A stretch of DNA of 61,849 bases, filler included, from Collodictyon triciliatum (Eukaryota), in the NCBI GenBank assembly GCA_043381765.1. It is 4 parts of 4 records of this genome, joined end to end, with 100 filler letters (N's around TTAATTAATTAA, not from the genome) between each part and the next. Parts side by side here need not be neighbours in the genome. Positions count along the whole stretch, not along the records: positions 1 to 10,641 come from JBHJMP010000355.1; positions 10,742 to 34,912 come from JBHJMP010000356.1; 2 more parts are not named here. One strand, written 5' to 3'. The translations under genes were made by a program, and so were the position numbers. Every line of letters begins with the position of its first letter. The first letter of the stretch is position 1. Under the pieces are notes generated by a model. It made no database searches. It saw nothing but the letters and a program-made list of their open reading frames with translations, and was not told the origin of the DNA. This document shows positions 1 through 17,900 of the stretch, piece by piece.

Positions 1-84
<84 letters not shown>

Positions 85-214
85 AAAAAAAAACAAAAAA
101 AGAACAAAAAACAAAAAAAACAAAAAAAACATACACTTGTAAGCACCTTTCCATCCGCCACTAGCGCCGCATTTCCCGCGTTCTCCAGCAAAGACGGAAG
201 ATCAACCAGACATA

Positions 215-3592
<3,378 letters not shown>

Positions 3593-4309
3593 TTGCATCG
3601 CCGTTTTGCAGTGTTTTGTTTCGTTTCGTTGTGAGTTCCTGTGCGAAGGGAGTACGCCAGCAACCTCAGATGTCTTTTTTTTCTTTTCGCCTTTGACCTT
3701 TTTCATCTTACATCGTACGTGTATTAGGGTTCTTTTACTCTGTCTGTCTGTTCATTTGCTTGTTTGTTTCTTTGTTTGTACGGGTGTATTTTCGCAGTTG
3801 TCTCTTGTTTGTGATGGCCGTTGACTTTGCCAGTAGTTTGTATGTGAAATCCATCGTCTGTCTTGTTCCTTTTCAGCCATGCAATAGAAAAAGGAGGCGT
3901 AAATGGAGTAGGCACTGATGACATGACTCTCTCCTTTAACTGCATCCACACCATCTCATCGCTCTTCCCTTTCTGTCCTCCTCCTCTTGCGTCTTTCCCT
4001 GCCTTTCCCTACACGCCCCATCTCACAGACATACAAACATGTTGCCGCCCATTTTCTAATTACACAAACCCCATTTTTCCACGAATAAATAACAAAGGAG
4101 AGAAAAGAGACACAGGTATAGAAGAAACCTACTCGCAAGGGCGCGCTGAAAGCATCACTCGCTCGGTTGGCCATGGAGCGCGCATCTGTTCAAGCATCGT
4201 GTTATGGTGGATTCATTTGCCTCGTCAGGAGACAACTCCCCACGGCGTCGCTTTGTCTATGTGCTCGCCAGACGGCCTCCTTTTGCGCCGATGTCTCGGC
4301 ATTGCTTGC

Positions 4310-6768
4310 TCACAGCTCAGCGTCAGAGTATTTGCCCTGCGCCTTGCCCTTTGGGTCGTGGCTGTCGTATCCGCGGAACTTGAGCACCACCGCAAGAACA
4401 ATCCATCCCACCATCAGAACTACAAACGCAGCCGCCCTGCAAGCAAAATATTCGTGTGAATAAAATAAATACATTAATAAATAAATAAATTGAATGAAAA
4501 CGAAAAGGAGAGAAATTGAATGAAAATGAAATGGAAATAAGGGAGTGTGATTTGAAAGAGAGGCTCTTTATTTCTATGAGTTCACGTATGTGCAAACAAG
4601 GGGAACCAACCAAGGAGTGATATCCTCGAATTTTGCGATACCCAAACAGACTGTAATTAATGAGAGGACAAAAACGATTCGGCCGATGTACCAGTGCACC
4701 TTGTCGGGCCAGAAAGGAATCTAGGGACGAGGAAGTAGCATATGCTGTCAGAGGAGTATTGAGGAAAACGCAATGGGTTGTGACAAAATTGGAAACCATT
4801 ACCAAACGAATACGTAAGTTATGTGAGATAAATAATCGGGGTTCGGTAAATTCCGGCTTTAGCAAACAAAAGAAAAAGAAAAACAAAAGAATATAAAAGA
4901 AAAAGAAAAACAAAAGAATATAAAATAAAAGAAATGAAAAGAAATGAAATGAAATGAAAAGAAAGGAAAAGAAAGGAAAAGAAAAGATAAGAATAGAAAA
5001 GAAAAGAAAAGTAAAGAAAAGAAAAGAAAAGAAAAGGAGAGTAAGATGAATATAAAAAAAATCTACCTCATGACGCTTCGCATCATAAACTTTATCAGCA
5101 TAGAGCCCTATAAATGGCTGCAACAATGATAAGGACAATACAACAGTTCCAACGGTACCGTGAGAAGACTCAATCTCTCCTTCCTCAGCGAGCATGATTC
5201 CGTATCCAATGCAAGTAAAGACTAGTGCAACAGAAGACATGACGATGTGGATGATGAACCTGGGCACATGTACATGAACAATGACTAGTTAGTCAATCGA
5301 AGAGTATAGTTCATATGAATGGTGCGCTTGATTATAATGAAGCAATCAATCCTGAAAAGCTGGCATCCGCTGATCAAATGATGTATCATGTCTAGGTTCA
5401 AACCATTTGTGACCAATGTGCTTGAAGTAGCGCGCAACGATCTGAGATGCAGGAATCAAGACGACCCAGGCAATCAGCATCAACGAGCCGTGAGCAAGCT
5501 CAGACACACTCAATTTCTCTTCTGAGTCTTTGCTCATATAGCAGCCGGTCAGGCTCAGTTCAACAAAGTAGGAATCGTGCTCCTACGAATAGAACATAGA
5601 TGAAAAAAAATTACAAAAAAAAAATGAAACTAATGAGAATATGAGAGTTGATGTTCTTTTTTGAGTAGCTTCACATGTCGTCGTGTGGTACCATCTCATT
5701 CAGAATCAAAGATTCCACTCGGAGTTCGCATGTACATTGGCACTTAGGGAAGCTATGGAAGACATACCTCGTGAACATCTCTCAGATCGTCGGAGCTCTT
5801 GTGCCAAGCAAAGATGGCATTTGTTTTGTCAGATTGGGCAGCAAGGTTGGTGTCGAGCAAGTCCTTCGTGTCGAGAAGACGAGCAAACTTAACTGTAGTG
5901 ATTCCGTTCTCTTCTTTGCCAATACTTCTCAAAAAGCTGTATTCGCCGCCATGGTTAGCGTCATCAAGTGGAAGCGCGTTTGATGGAGAAAACTGGTCAG
6001 CGATCTGTGACACGATATATATATATATATTTGATTGTTTAAATTATGAGAAAGGCAATTGAGTTAAAATCGTGGATGAATGGAATTATATGACATGAAA
6101 ATTAAGGGTTAATGTCATCGTGAAAACTGAATGAAAAATTAAATTGTTTTCCTTTACAAAATAACAGTGAGTAATTAAGTATACAAGACAAAAATGAAAC
6201 CCAAGAGTAAAAATAAACAAAGTCTTGTAAATTGATATGCAAAAGCTACTTGGGCTTTGGGGAATAAAGCTCTCAAATTCACCTGTAGCACTCCATCTTT
6301 GACTGAGGCCATCATGATATCAGCGCCTTCCATTTCATCGCGTGCGCCTGTTCCAAAGCCAATCCACCCTTTCGTCGCCATCTCCAAGGCAAAATCGACC
6401 ACACCGCCCTAAGTGTGCAAAGAGAAATAGGATGAAATTTCATTGTAATTATCATTTTCACCATACTAATACTAATAATAATACTAATAATAATACTAAT
6501 AATAATACTAATAATAATACTAATAATAATACTAATACTAATAATACTAATACTAATAATAATAATAATAATAATAATACTAATAATACTAATACTAATA
6601 CTAATACTAATAATAATAATACTAATAATACTAATACTAATACTAATACTAATACTAATACTAATACTAATAATAATACTAATACTAATACTAATACTAA
6701 TAATAATACTAATAATAATGATAATAATAATGATAATAATAATGTTAATGATAATGATAATAATAATA

Positions 6769-6799
<31 letters not shown>

Positions 6800-6832
6800 T
6801 ACTAATACTAATACTAATACTAATACTAATAC

Positions 6833-6927
<95 letters not shown>

Positions 6928-7507
6928 TTTTCATCTGCATTTTAAGCCAGCCCAATAAGGAGTAGATAGTACATCATTGTAATTGCCCCATGTCAACAGC
7001 ACACGAGAAAATGTGATAGAAATAGTGATATAATAATTAAAAAAAAATGAGCGCGCGGTGTATATGAAAGCCCTACAGAAGTAATGTTCCAGTAAAGCTT
7101 GACTTTACCGCCCCCTAGAGTCCCCGAACAATTGTAGCTGGCTGGATCGATGTCAGCGGACTCATAAGGATCCAAGACTAAGTCATACATAAATAAAGAC
7201 GTTCAATTAATTCAGCGACAGAGTCACCCCAGCAAAGCTGACGTTGGGCAAAGAGTGAAGCAACACAGAACTCCTGTCCTGTGTGATGGTTTCCTTAGTC
7301 CAAGTTTCAACTCCTGCTTGGCTATGAGACAACCTCGGCCATATCTCAAAAGTCAAGCTTTCTCCCTGAGCAGATCTTTTTGTTCTGGAGTCAATTGGCT
7401 GGAATCAAACCTGCTCCTTCAGCAAAAGCGGCGAAGGCAACAAAGGCAACAAAGGCAACGACGACGAAAGCAGAAGCCGGCCGATAACCATGACGGGTTG
7501 CGCTCAT
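4310..7507 (-). CDS. DOMON domain + cytochrome b561 transmembrane protein (CYBDOM / ferric reductase-like)
   Basis: Signal peptide MSATRHGYRPASAFVVVAFVAFVAFAAFAEGA; DOMON motifs KLYWN, GWIGFG, MEGADIM, KFARLL; b561 heme His motifs AHGSLMLIAW, WFIIHI, SHGTVG, KVHWYIGR. Eight GT-AG exons, stop at 4310-4312. Confidence 0.9.
6464..6925. repeat. Compound (AAT/ACT/GAT)n intronic microsatellite
   Basis: Direct sequence; intron 2 of the DOMON-b561 gene. Confidence 0.95.
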
Positions 7508-8226
7508 CTCGCCTCGCAGAGTCTTTCTGATGTTGCATATCATGGATTCAGAGTCTCACGAAGTATGTCTTTGTGCTTGTGCGGGTTGTTCTGGGCCGCC
7601 TTTGTGACTCTGCTTCTCCGAGCCAACTCAGCCTGTTTTGCAAGTATGGATCTGCTTGTGATGTGGCTGCATATACATCCGAGCGCAGAACATGGCAAAC
7701 CATGTAGAATCTTGCAGTGGTATGGTGAGCCTTGTGATTTATATGCACATCTATATCTAGATGGATTAAATTTTACGTATTGCATCCCAAATTATAGCGT
7801 TTTATCAGAATCCGATTGAATATACATGTAAATTCCGTATTAATATATCATATGTGGAGATTTATTTTGTTTGTGTTTGGCCAGTGTGCCAAGGGCGAAA
7901 GCATGGGGTTGCAACATCCGATTCGGGGGCTGTGTTGCCCAAACATATGGGTTTTAATTGCCACAAAAAAATAAAATAAAAAAATAAGACGAAAAAAAAA
8001 GAGAGAAAAGAACGCAGACTGCCTGGAATTACTTTTCCATTTCTTCTTTCTTGACAGGCACTCAAAACCTTTCCAGAGGTTAAGATTTATTCTTTTCTTG
8101 TTTCGTGTCCTTCATAGCAGTTAAAGGAAGAGATGTGAAGTGTGAGTTTTTTTTTTGTTTGCCACGCAGTATTCAGGCAACATCAAGATATTGCTCGAAG
8201 GCTTCAAGAAAAGAAAAATGAGAAAG

Positions 8227-10597
8227 TTACTCCGTTAGTATGTAGGCTTTCCCATTCGATGGAGAGGAAGAGTCGAATGGAGCAGAGACAAGGACAGTCT
8301 CTCCATCAACGGCAACATCAAATCCGTAACCATCGGAACCATCTGCGACAGGGGACTCCACGGAATAGTATTCAGCCCAAAAGTCTCCGTTCTTTGTAAA
8401 AACATGCACGGAACCTACGGAAGACAAAGGTCACATTTTTTTTATTTGATGATAAATCAATTAGAAAAACCAGTCAAACCTTTGATGTCACATGCTTGCT
8501 CGTCATCACATGGCTTTGCTCCGACCACAAGTCTTGGTCCGGCGTTGGAGAAACTGAAACTGTGTCCAAAGTGCTTCCCAGCAACAACAGAAGACGGTTT
8601 AATAGATTGACTTAAAGTGTACTGACCAGCATTATCGAGTGCGTACATCGAGACTGAGCCAGCGTTAGTAGCATCCTCTTCGTCGTTCACTGCGGAAACA
8701 TAAAGAGCTCCGTCATAGAACTCAATAAACCACCCGAAGCCTGATTTGTTTATGTCTGTGATGGTTTGCGAAAGAACCCACACATCATTCTCGTAAAGAT
8801 ACACATAAACTGCTTGGTCAGATGCAATATCAGGATTATTCGATACGGCCAAGCGGGTTTCGCTCTCAAGAGAAACGGACTGGCCGAAGCGGTCGTTCGT
8901 TTTTGGGTTTGGCCCAGTGATGGAGATTCTCCCTCCCCATATCGCGCTGTTGTCAAGCTTCCTATAAACATGAGCACATCCAGAATTGGTGGCATCTCCA
9001 GAAAAGTCAAAAACGGGCATTCCTATCGCTGTAACGCTGTTGACATTCGCAATAGAGGCACCGAGGTCAAAGTTTTTTGACTTTTTTCTGTATCGGATGA
9101 TGGAGTTTTTCAGGAATGTGTCCTGGACCTCATCCCATGTGTAAAATACAATCACTCCTACCTCAGTGCCGGCAAAGTTCGACTTAGGGGCTGATATAAT
9201 GAGATAATTAGTGTTTAGAATCACATTATTTCCAAACCTGTTATCACGATTTCGGAATGGGTTTCTAATCTTCTTGTGGTTATTCCACAGCCCAGTTGAA
9301 TCATCTTTCTTGTATGTCAGAATGTGACCTCCATCACATATTTGAGGAGTTGATGGCGTCTTACAGAATGGAACAGAAACCACGGCAATACCATCTTGGA
9401 CTTTTACTCTGAATCCAAACTTTTCTGATTTTTTTTGGTCGTACCAATCTAATTCAGAAATCATCGGATAAGTGAATTGAGATAGATCCCATATCTTGAT
9501 AGTTTGGTCAAGACTTCCCGACACAATTTTTGAACCATCTGAGGTAACAGTAACACTCAGAACGTACTCAGAATGCCCTGTTAATGTATGAATTAAAAAG
9601 CCGTCAAAAAGACTCCATATCTTGATTGTATCGTCATAGCTACCAGACACAATTTTTGAACCATCTGGTGTTATAGCAACGCTCCAAACATCACCGGTAT
9701 GACCGGTCAATGTACGAATGAGAGAACCATCCGAGATATTCCAAATCTTCGTTGTTGTATCAGTACTTCCCGATATTAATTTTGAACCATCTGGGGTAAT
9801 AGCGACGCTGTAGACAAAGTTAGTGTGACCTGTCAGTGTGCGAATCAAACTTCCGTCGGAGAAATTCCATAGTTTGATAGTAAAGTCTCTACTCGCAGAA
9901 ACGATCATGGAATCTCCTGCAACAATCACACTCGTCACAGGGCCTGCATGGCCACTTATCACCCTGAGTTCACTTCCATCAGAAAGATTCCAAACTTTAA
10001 CGGTCTCATCCCAGCCCCCAGAGACTATATTGGTTTCATCACTAGTAAAGACTGCACTAAGGGCACCGTAACTGTGCCCAGTCAATGAACGAATCAGATT
10101 TCCATCAGAGAGATTCCAAACATTGATAGTTCCATCCCAACAACTTGATACAATTTTTGAACCATCGTAGTTAAGAGAAATACTCATGATATCCTTGGCA
10201 TGACCTGTCAATGTGCGAATCAAATTACCATCAGAAAAATTCCAAATCTTAATAGTGTAATCTCTGCTCCCAGAAACGATGGCTGAACCATCGGGAGTAA
10301 CAGCAACACTGTTAACATAATCAGTATGACCAATGAGCGTTCGAATCAAGTAATCCTGTCCAGTTGCGTGATAACACCGGCTAGATAAAAGCAGCGCTAC
10401 AAGATTAGGTAAGAATATATTAGTTTGGAGAAAGGAAGATTTTTATTTATTTATTTATTAACCAAATGTGTTGATTTTAAAAACAAAATGAGAAACTTCG
10501 AAGTGAAATTATTCAACATTTCATCAAATTTCAGAGTGGAAACAAATCCACCTGTGAGGAAAATCGCAGCCATGGTAGATTTGGAGGAAAGCTTCAT
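8227..10597 (-). CDS. Secreted protein: signal peptide + 7 WD40 repeats + 7 FG-GAP (integrin-alpha-like) repeats
   Basis: Exons 10597-10552, 10396-8480, 8414-8227 (GT-AG). N-terminus MKLSSKSTMAAIFLTALLLSSRCYHA. Seven GH...W repeats of ~42 aa, then seven FG...(S/G)AP-like blades. Confidence 0.85.
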
Positions 10598-10641
10598 TCT
10601 AAAAATGTACGTTGATTCAGATTGGTCTTACTATTATTGTA

Positions 10642-10741
10642 NNNNNNNNNNNNNNNNNNNNNNNNNNNNNNNNNNNNNNNNNNNNTTAATTAATTAANNN
10701 NNNNNNNNNNNNNNNNNNNNNNNNNNNNNNNNNNNNNNNNN
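10642..10741. other. Artificial contig-join linker (N44-TTAATTAATTAA-N44)
   Basis: TTAATTAATTAA at 10686-10697 (stops in all six frames), symmetrically flanked by Ns; the identical structure occurs three times in the window. Confidence 0.95.
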
Positions 10742-10956
10742 TTTTATCTTTTTATCTTTTTATCTTTTTATCTTTTTATCTTTTTATCTTTTTATCTTTT
10801 TATCTTTTTATCTTTTTATCTTTTTATCTTTTTATCTTTTTCTATTTCTCTATTTATCTATTTATCTATTTCTTTGAATCGAATAAAGGAAAAAATCTAC
10901 TTATCTATTTATCTATTTATCTATTTATCTATTTATCTTTTTCTTCTCCGATTAGA

Positions 10957-13697
10957 ATGGAAGAGTCTGAGGACCCGGAGACACCCGAAATCCAGTTTGA
11001 GTTGAGGAAAGGAGCACACCGTGGACAAGGTCAGTTGGTGAAGCCCCCTAATGCTTGGAACCCATACTTTCGACCCATAAAATGTTGTCGTATAGCAAAT
11101 ATTTACATCGTTTATTGAGAGTAATCACCCAAGCTAAATCCTTCTCTATTTATTGCTACTTTTTTTTATTGTTATTGAAGAAACAAGTTGTTTATTTCCA
11201 CAATATTATGGTTGACTTCTTTTTTTTTTTCCCCCCCTTTATTCATTATGGTTGACTTTTTAATCGTAGTGTATAAGGGCACGTTTTTTATCACTTCTCT
11301 GATTAATTAATTAATTTATCAATTAATCGATCAATAGTATATGATAAAGCGCTTAGTTTAACAGTGGTAATTCATTATACTATAAAATGTATTATATCTT
11401 ACCGTAATTATTTGATAGAACATAACTACTAGTGTTAGCACCCAAAACTTTAATTCATCGAGTACGTTATTATTGGGAGAAGGGAGTGTATATGTCTTGT
11501 GATACATTCCATTTTTTTTTTCAGTGTATCCTATTTTCTCCATAGAGTAAGACACCAGAAAAAAGCAGCTACCTATATGACCTCGATCCAGCGAGTATAC
11601 CTCCATTACCGAGAATTAAAGTACTAGATTACTGTTACTATTATTTCTCTTTCAAGTAATAAGCATAAAAGTTCACTTTATTCAAACATGATAAAGTATT
11701 CATAATCTCACAAAAAAATTGTAAGGGACACGTACCAGGTCAAGGAAGCCTCGAAATGCGATCGCCAACTCCAGAGCAAAGTGATTACAACATATCAATC
11801 TTTCGATTTCAATGGATATTTCCAGTATTAGATTATTAAATAAGAGTATTTGTATAAATATACAGATCATTCATTATTTTCAAGCTTCGCTGCCTCACCA
11901 AAAAAGATATATAATTTAAATTTGCAAGTGGAAGATGAATTGGTATTATTTTGTGTTGCGTCCTTTATAAACCCCTACCCCAATAAAAAAAAAATCCAAA
12001 AGGCTTATTCAGAAAATGAGCTCACATCTTCTTTTCTTTTCCTCTTTTCCCTTTCCCTTTTCCCTTTCCCCTTTCCCCTTTTTTCCCTCTTTTTCGTTTC
12101 TGTTTTCTAGGATTGATTTTTATATTTCTTTGATGACGATTTCTAATCTAAATATACGTTTATTTAGAGCCAAAATACCGATGACTCAAAAGAGCAAAAA
12201 CCTAGTCTTAACAGTCCAAATAAAACTCTTGAAATAAGGTTTGATTTAAAATTCAACCTTACATCCCAGATGAACATCACTTTATTAACATGTATAATTT
12301 TATTTACTCTATGACAGAAAATCCTTTCTGAACACCGAAATACATTTACAAAATTTTGAGTACTCGGATAACTTTGTTTCAGAAGATATCTCCGAAAACA
12401 TCGAAAGAGTTCGTGACCCAGGGTAATATCCTTTTTATTTACCTGGCATACCAATTTAAATAGCCTGATTATTATTTTTCATTGTTTTTTTAATTAAAAA
12501 AAAGGTATGCTCGCTAATTGATTGTATCCACTTGTTGTTAAGTGAACACATAGGAGTTAGAGATACCGCTAATCAGTTCAAAGAAAACGTTGCCACCTCC
12601 TCCAATGAAAGTATGAGTCCTAAATGAAAAAATAAAAGACTGAACCAGTTTTTAAAATTGTTCCTTAGAATGATTTAATAGCCATAGATTTCATCGATTT
12701 GCAAACCAATAAGACAGCATCTGATTCTGATGAGAAGCATACATGTATATCAATCAAAGTTCCAATACATGCACAACTACGATCAATTATAAATAACTTT
12801 CCAAATTATAAAGGAGTAGATTCCTTTTTCGCATATTCATCTAATTTTATTGAATTTATATTCACGCTATCAGTTTACAATTTATTAATCAGCATTTTTA
12901 TATACCACACTTTCCCTTATCGTTTTCTATGCGTTCTGTCCTTGACCAGCCCATGAAAAAGAGGTTAATATATTTTTCATGTGCTTTCGATGAATTTATT
13001 GCAAATTTTTACTTTAGAAACAGGCTTTTTTTTATCCTATTCGCTTTTACTTATACATACCCCACATTTTTACAAAAAAAAAAAAAAAAAAAAAAACAAT
13101 AGTTAAAAAAAAAAAAAAAATTTTTATTTAAAAAAAGGGAAAAAAAAATAAAAAAAAAAAAAAAAAAAAAAAAAAANNNNNNNNNNNNNNNNNNNNNNNN
13201 NNNNNNNNNNNNNNNNNNNNNNNNNNNNNNNNNNNNNNNNNNNNNNNNNNNNNNNNNNNNNNNNNNNNNNNNNNNNAAAAGTTTTTTTTTTTCCCTATTA
13301 CAAAAAAAAAAATAAATCCCAAAATTTTAAAAAAAAAAAAAAAAAAAAAAATAGTGAAATAATATAATTGTAGGTGCATTTTTCTGGAAAACCTGAATTG
13401 ACAAGAATAATGCAAGTCAGTTCCAAGGCGCGTAATTGGCAAAGAAAAGCAGGGAAACAAAGAGGCGAGGAATCTGAATCTACTAAAAAAGTAATAGATT
13501 GTCAACGAAGAGAAATATACCTGCTAATAGTACATTTGTGTAATGCCATTCTTGAGAATATATGTGCTTATTAATAGCTAAATTTTATGAGCAGTATGAG
13601 AGATCTCTAAAACAAATGATTGAACTACAAATTACTCGGTCGAAAACAGAGGTTTGACAGCATCATAATTGACTTTTTCTTTTCTTTTCTTTATTTG

Positions 13698-13739
<42 letters not shown>

Positions 13740-14330
13740 TTTTTTTTATTTTTTTTTTTTTTTTTATATTTTTTTTTTTTGTTTTTTTTTTTTTNNNNNN
13801 NNNNNNNNNNNNNNNNNNNNNNNNNNNNNNNNNNNNNNNNNNNNNNNNNNNNNNNNNNNNNNNNNNNNNNNNNNNNNNNNNNNNNNNNNNNNNNGGGTAA
13901 ACATTTTTTTCCTTTTTTTTTTTAAATAAAATTTTTTAAAAAAAAAAAAAAAAAAAAAATTGATTTTTTTTTTTTTTTTTTTTTTTTTGTTTTTTTTTTT
14001 TTTTTTTTTTTTGAAAACGTTTCACATTTTTTATCGAACCTATGGTAATTTATAAATATGCTCTGCAGGTGCCTTTTGCTCTTCAGATGGATATTTACGA
14101 AGAGACTTACCCCATCATGCTCAAATCAGTCGAGGTAATATGAATACATATTTTGTAATGCTACAATCATGAGTTGAATTATGTTCCTTTTCGCCAATAT
14201 TTTGTGCTCCTATTCTCTTTTCGTGCAGATGTATATAGCAGAACTCGGTCCAAGGCACCAGGTTTCGGTGGCCGCCATCAGCCGGCTTCGCGATATGGCA
14301 AAGATTCTTCGAAGGCCTTGTGAATACTGA
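10957..14330 (+). CDS. Hypothetical multi-exon protein (5' part uncertain, probably truncated by the contig edge)
   Basis: Series of GT-AG-bounded open segments; final exons read VPFALQMDIYEETYPIMLKSVE|MYIAELGPRHQVSVAAISRLRDMAKILRRPCEY* (weakly TPR-like). Internal exon phases are not fully resolved. Confidence 0.45.
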
Positions 14331-14609
14331 AATGTTTGTTTCCGCATGCCACCTCTCGCTTCAAACACCTGTATTGATATCGTTGTTGGTTTCATATATG
14401 GGCAGCTTTCTAGACCCTTGATTATCGTTTTTGGTGGGCTGTTTTTCTCGGAAAGTATGTCCCCAGTCTATGTTTTGTTCTAAATCGACGGTTGTGGCCC
14501 GTGAAGTTTACTTTTACTTCCTTTCGGCTCACTCTTAATAAACACATAGTTATATTGACTGTGGTGTCAGTTTGGCAGCTTTATTTTGTTTATTTGGTTG
14601 GTTATCTAA

Positions 14610-14728
14610 ATGTATCTATGTATGTATCTATGTATGTATCTATGTATGTATCTATGTATGTATCTATGTATGTATCTATGTATGTATCTATGTATGTATC
14701 TATGTATGTATCTATGTATGTATGTATG
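14610..14728. repeat. (TATGTATC)n microsatellite
   Basis: Direct sequence; between convergent gene ends. Confidence 0.95.
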
Positions 14729-14945
14729 GTTATTCCAGCAAAGATGAAGGTTATCACGATAGCACATGGCACAAGATTTTATGAATATTTATAGCAATAT
14801 GTCTCAGAATTAATTTCATCAAACAATATACTCCTGAGAATATCATTTCGGTTTCTTTTTTCTTTTTCTTTCTCTTTTTCCAAGGGTGCAAGGCTCGATG
14901 TCCTATATTAGAGCTATTTATTATTGTTTAATAGCCTTTACTGTA

Positions 14946-17900
14946 TCAAAAATCGAGAAATTGGAGGCCCTCGCACGATAATCGTTCTCCTGTTCCACCG
15001 ATGGCACAATAGCCTTGTAGCCCCGCCACATATGGTCGCCTACAACCCATTTTTTATTTCACTTCACTTTATTTTATTATGAATGGCGCGGTTGACAACA
15101 ATTTTAAATCACACAAAGATGAAATAGACAGTGTGACAATCATGCGATACTTCAGAATTAAAATAAGTTATAAAAGTCGTGATTGTATTTGAGAGGCTAG
15201 GAGAAGGGGGGAAAGGAGAAGGTGCGCAGAGAATGTAATATCTCCTAACCCTATCATCGCTGCGTAGCTCATCGGCAGTATATGCCCTTCAGTATTGAAG
15301 GTGTAGCTTTCCTCTATTTAGTTTTGTCATTAGAAGGCTATCAAAGATAATGCGGCATAGAATATGAGATGTGGTATTAGATAAAGTTTGTTGTGAACAA
15401 GTATGTGTAGTTGGTGTTTTATGGTATGTTATCGAGATAAAAGGAATCTAGAGAAGAGTCGGAAGATTGAAAGGTGAGATAGAACGAGACGTAAAAAAAA
15501 AAAAATCTTTGAATCGAATAAGGTGAAAAAAAGGGGGACGGAAAAAAAAACACAGACCATGTTGATTGACAAAGTTCTCGGGGTCAAAAAGGAGGTAAAG
15601 ATATTTTGTTGTTTCAGCCAGGAAGAAGCTTTCCATATGATCTCGTAGCGCGTGCGTCTCGACGTTGCTTATGGTAGCATATCCGCAATCCTTTTAGGTT
15701 ATTGTCATAAAAAAAATTATGTGGTGGTGGTGAGGAGAAAAGGATAAATATAAAGACAATTTTGTATGGGCCCATTATACACTGTTTTTTGCGACGGGGT
15801 TTATTTTGGATATCTGTTATCATATTGGTGTTTTCTATAAGGGCTTCTTTATTGCGCTTTTTGTTTATTTTTAATGAGTTTTTCTTTTTTATTGTTCTCT
15901 TGTCTGTTTTCTTTAACTATGTATTTTGAAACCCTGGAAAACTCCTATGCTTTATAATGAAACAATAATCCTTCTAGCCGGTCCCGTTCAATCAATTTAG
16001 CACTAATTAGACGGGGGAAATTCATCATAGCTGTGAAACTTACTGTTCGCGCAACTTTGGATATAGAAGAAATCATATCTCGTCCTAGGTACAGCCAGTA
16101 TGGGTCCAGAGTCGACCGGTACATGAAGTAGATACTCTCTGCCAACTCCTGAAGCATGTATGACGATGTGGTATTTGTGGTTTGAGTGATATTTTATCAA
16201 TAAATTAGGCTCGATATTGAAGTAAACAGGGTGTAATATCTCTCCCTTTTCTCTTTTCTAGGAAAAATACTGACATATACATGGAAGTGATAATTAAGGT
16301 TATAAAGGACAAGTATGAATAATTTTTTTTTAAAAAAAAAAGTATATCCCAAATATGAGAAGAGTCGGTAATTACAAACATCTATAAAGGCTTCATATAA
16401 AACATAGAATATTACAGGGCGCAGTGGATATGATTCTTGGTTTGGCTGGATATTTGCGTTAACAAGATTAAAGCCCTCGGGTACGAATCCATATCTCCTC
16501 CAAACGTTAAAGAAGGATTTCAATGTCCTTGATGCTTCCCTAACATGCCCTGTGTGAAGTTGAGGACCAATTGAATGACTTTTGTTTTGTATTGTTTTTA
16601 TTTATTTATTATTCTTTTCAATTTGTGCAAGATGGTGGGAATGTTGAGATTGAGTGATTTTGTTGTTCCAATTTTTGGGAAAGTATATGAATTTTAATTT
16701 AGGGAGAAGGGAGGCGTTAGTCATTTGGATAGATAACCTGTATGTACTTGAACGCCAGGCCAGAACCCCTGAAGTGAATTGTACAAGGGCCACATCACCA
16801 TACCACGATGCTGGCCGAGCAAACCCATATTAATGACAAAGAGTGGGAGGAAATAGGAATGTCGTATTAGATCGGAATATTTTTGCTGTTTAGTTCAGAC
16901 CAACTAACTCCATATTTAAATAAAAGCCAACACTCTCACCATCTGGCACAAAATTGAAGAGAAGAATAAAAAAAAAAACTCCATATTTAAATGGAGAATA
17001 TGTGTAAACGGAGAAGAAATACGACCATGTGTATAATATGCTATTTTAGTAACTCCCTTTCCAACTAATCAAAAAATCCACCATTTCAATAATACTCACC
17101 ATGTGTACATCAACGTACCAATCCTCCTTCTTTGCATGACGTATGATTGCCTCGTACGCCTTTTTTTTTCGGTAATTATGAATGTATATATCGAGATTAA
17201 ATTTCAAATAGGGAATCGTTCGCAAATTAGCTGGAAACGTTATCTTTCTTGTTGTTATGAAATATAAGCTTTTTTCCCTCTTTACTCGATTCGAAGTTTA
17301 TGAAATATGAGCTTAATATCGTGACCTCAGAGTTACCTTATGGAGAATCCTCAGGTAATCGTCATCTGAAAAATACATCGCCGCTGCAGAAGAATGGCCA
17401 TATTTGTATTGCATCCAAAAAGAAGAGATTGGGTTAAATTGAAACGAATAATTAAAAAAAAAACACTCAGATAAAGTTGGTTCATACATGTATGAATTTT
17501 TTTTCTCTCAGTTTGCTGATTTCTTTCCTTTCCTTTCCTTTCATTTCCTTTCCTTTTCTTTTCTTTTCTTTTCTTTTCTTTTCTTTTCTTTTCTTTTCTT
17601 TTCTTTTCTTTTCTTTTCTTTTCTTTTCTTTTCTTTTCTTTTCTTTTCTTTCATTTTCTTTCATTTTCTTTTCTTTTCTTTTCTTTTCTTTTCTTTTCTT
17701 TTCTTTCATTTCCTTTCATTTCCTTTCATTTCCTTTCATTTCCTTTCATTTCCTTTCATTTTTTTCTTTGCTTATTTAAAGTCGATAACAGTATTTGTAG
17801 AATAATAACCTTTCATTAAATATTCGTAAAATGAGTCAATCCCAGAACTTATTCCAGCATCAAGATGAGTCCATTCTCCACTTATGATGTTGATGTGGTT

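Noticed and set aside
1-130. Poly(A) run as a retrocopy tail or telomere
   Set aside because: Homopolymer/low-complexity run at the window edge, like others next to assembly gaps.
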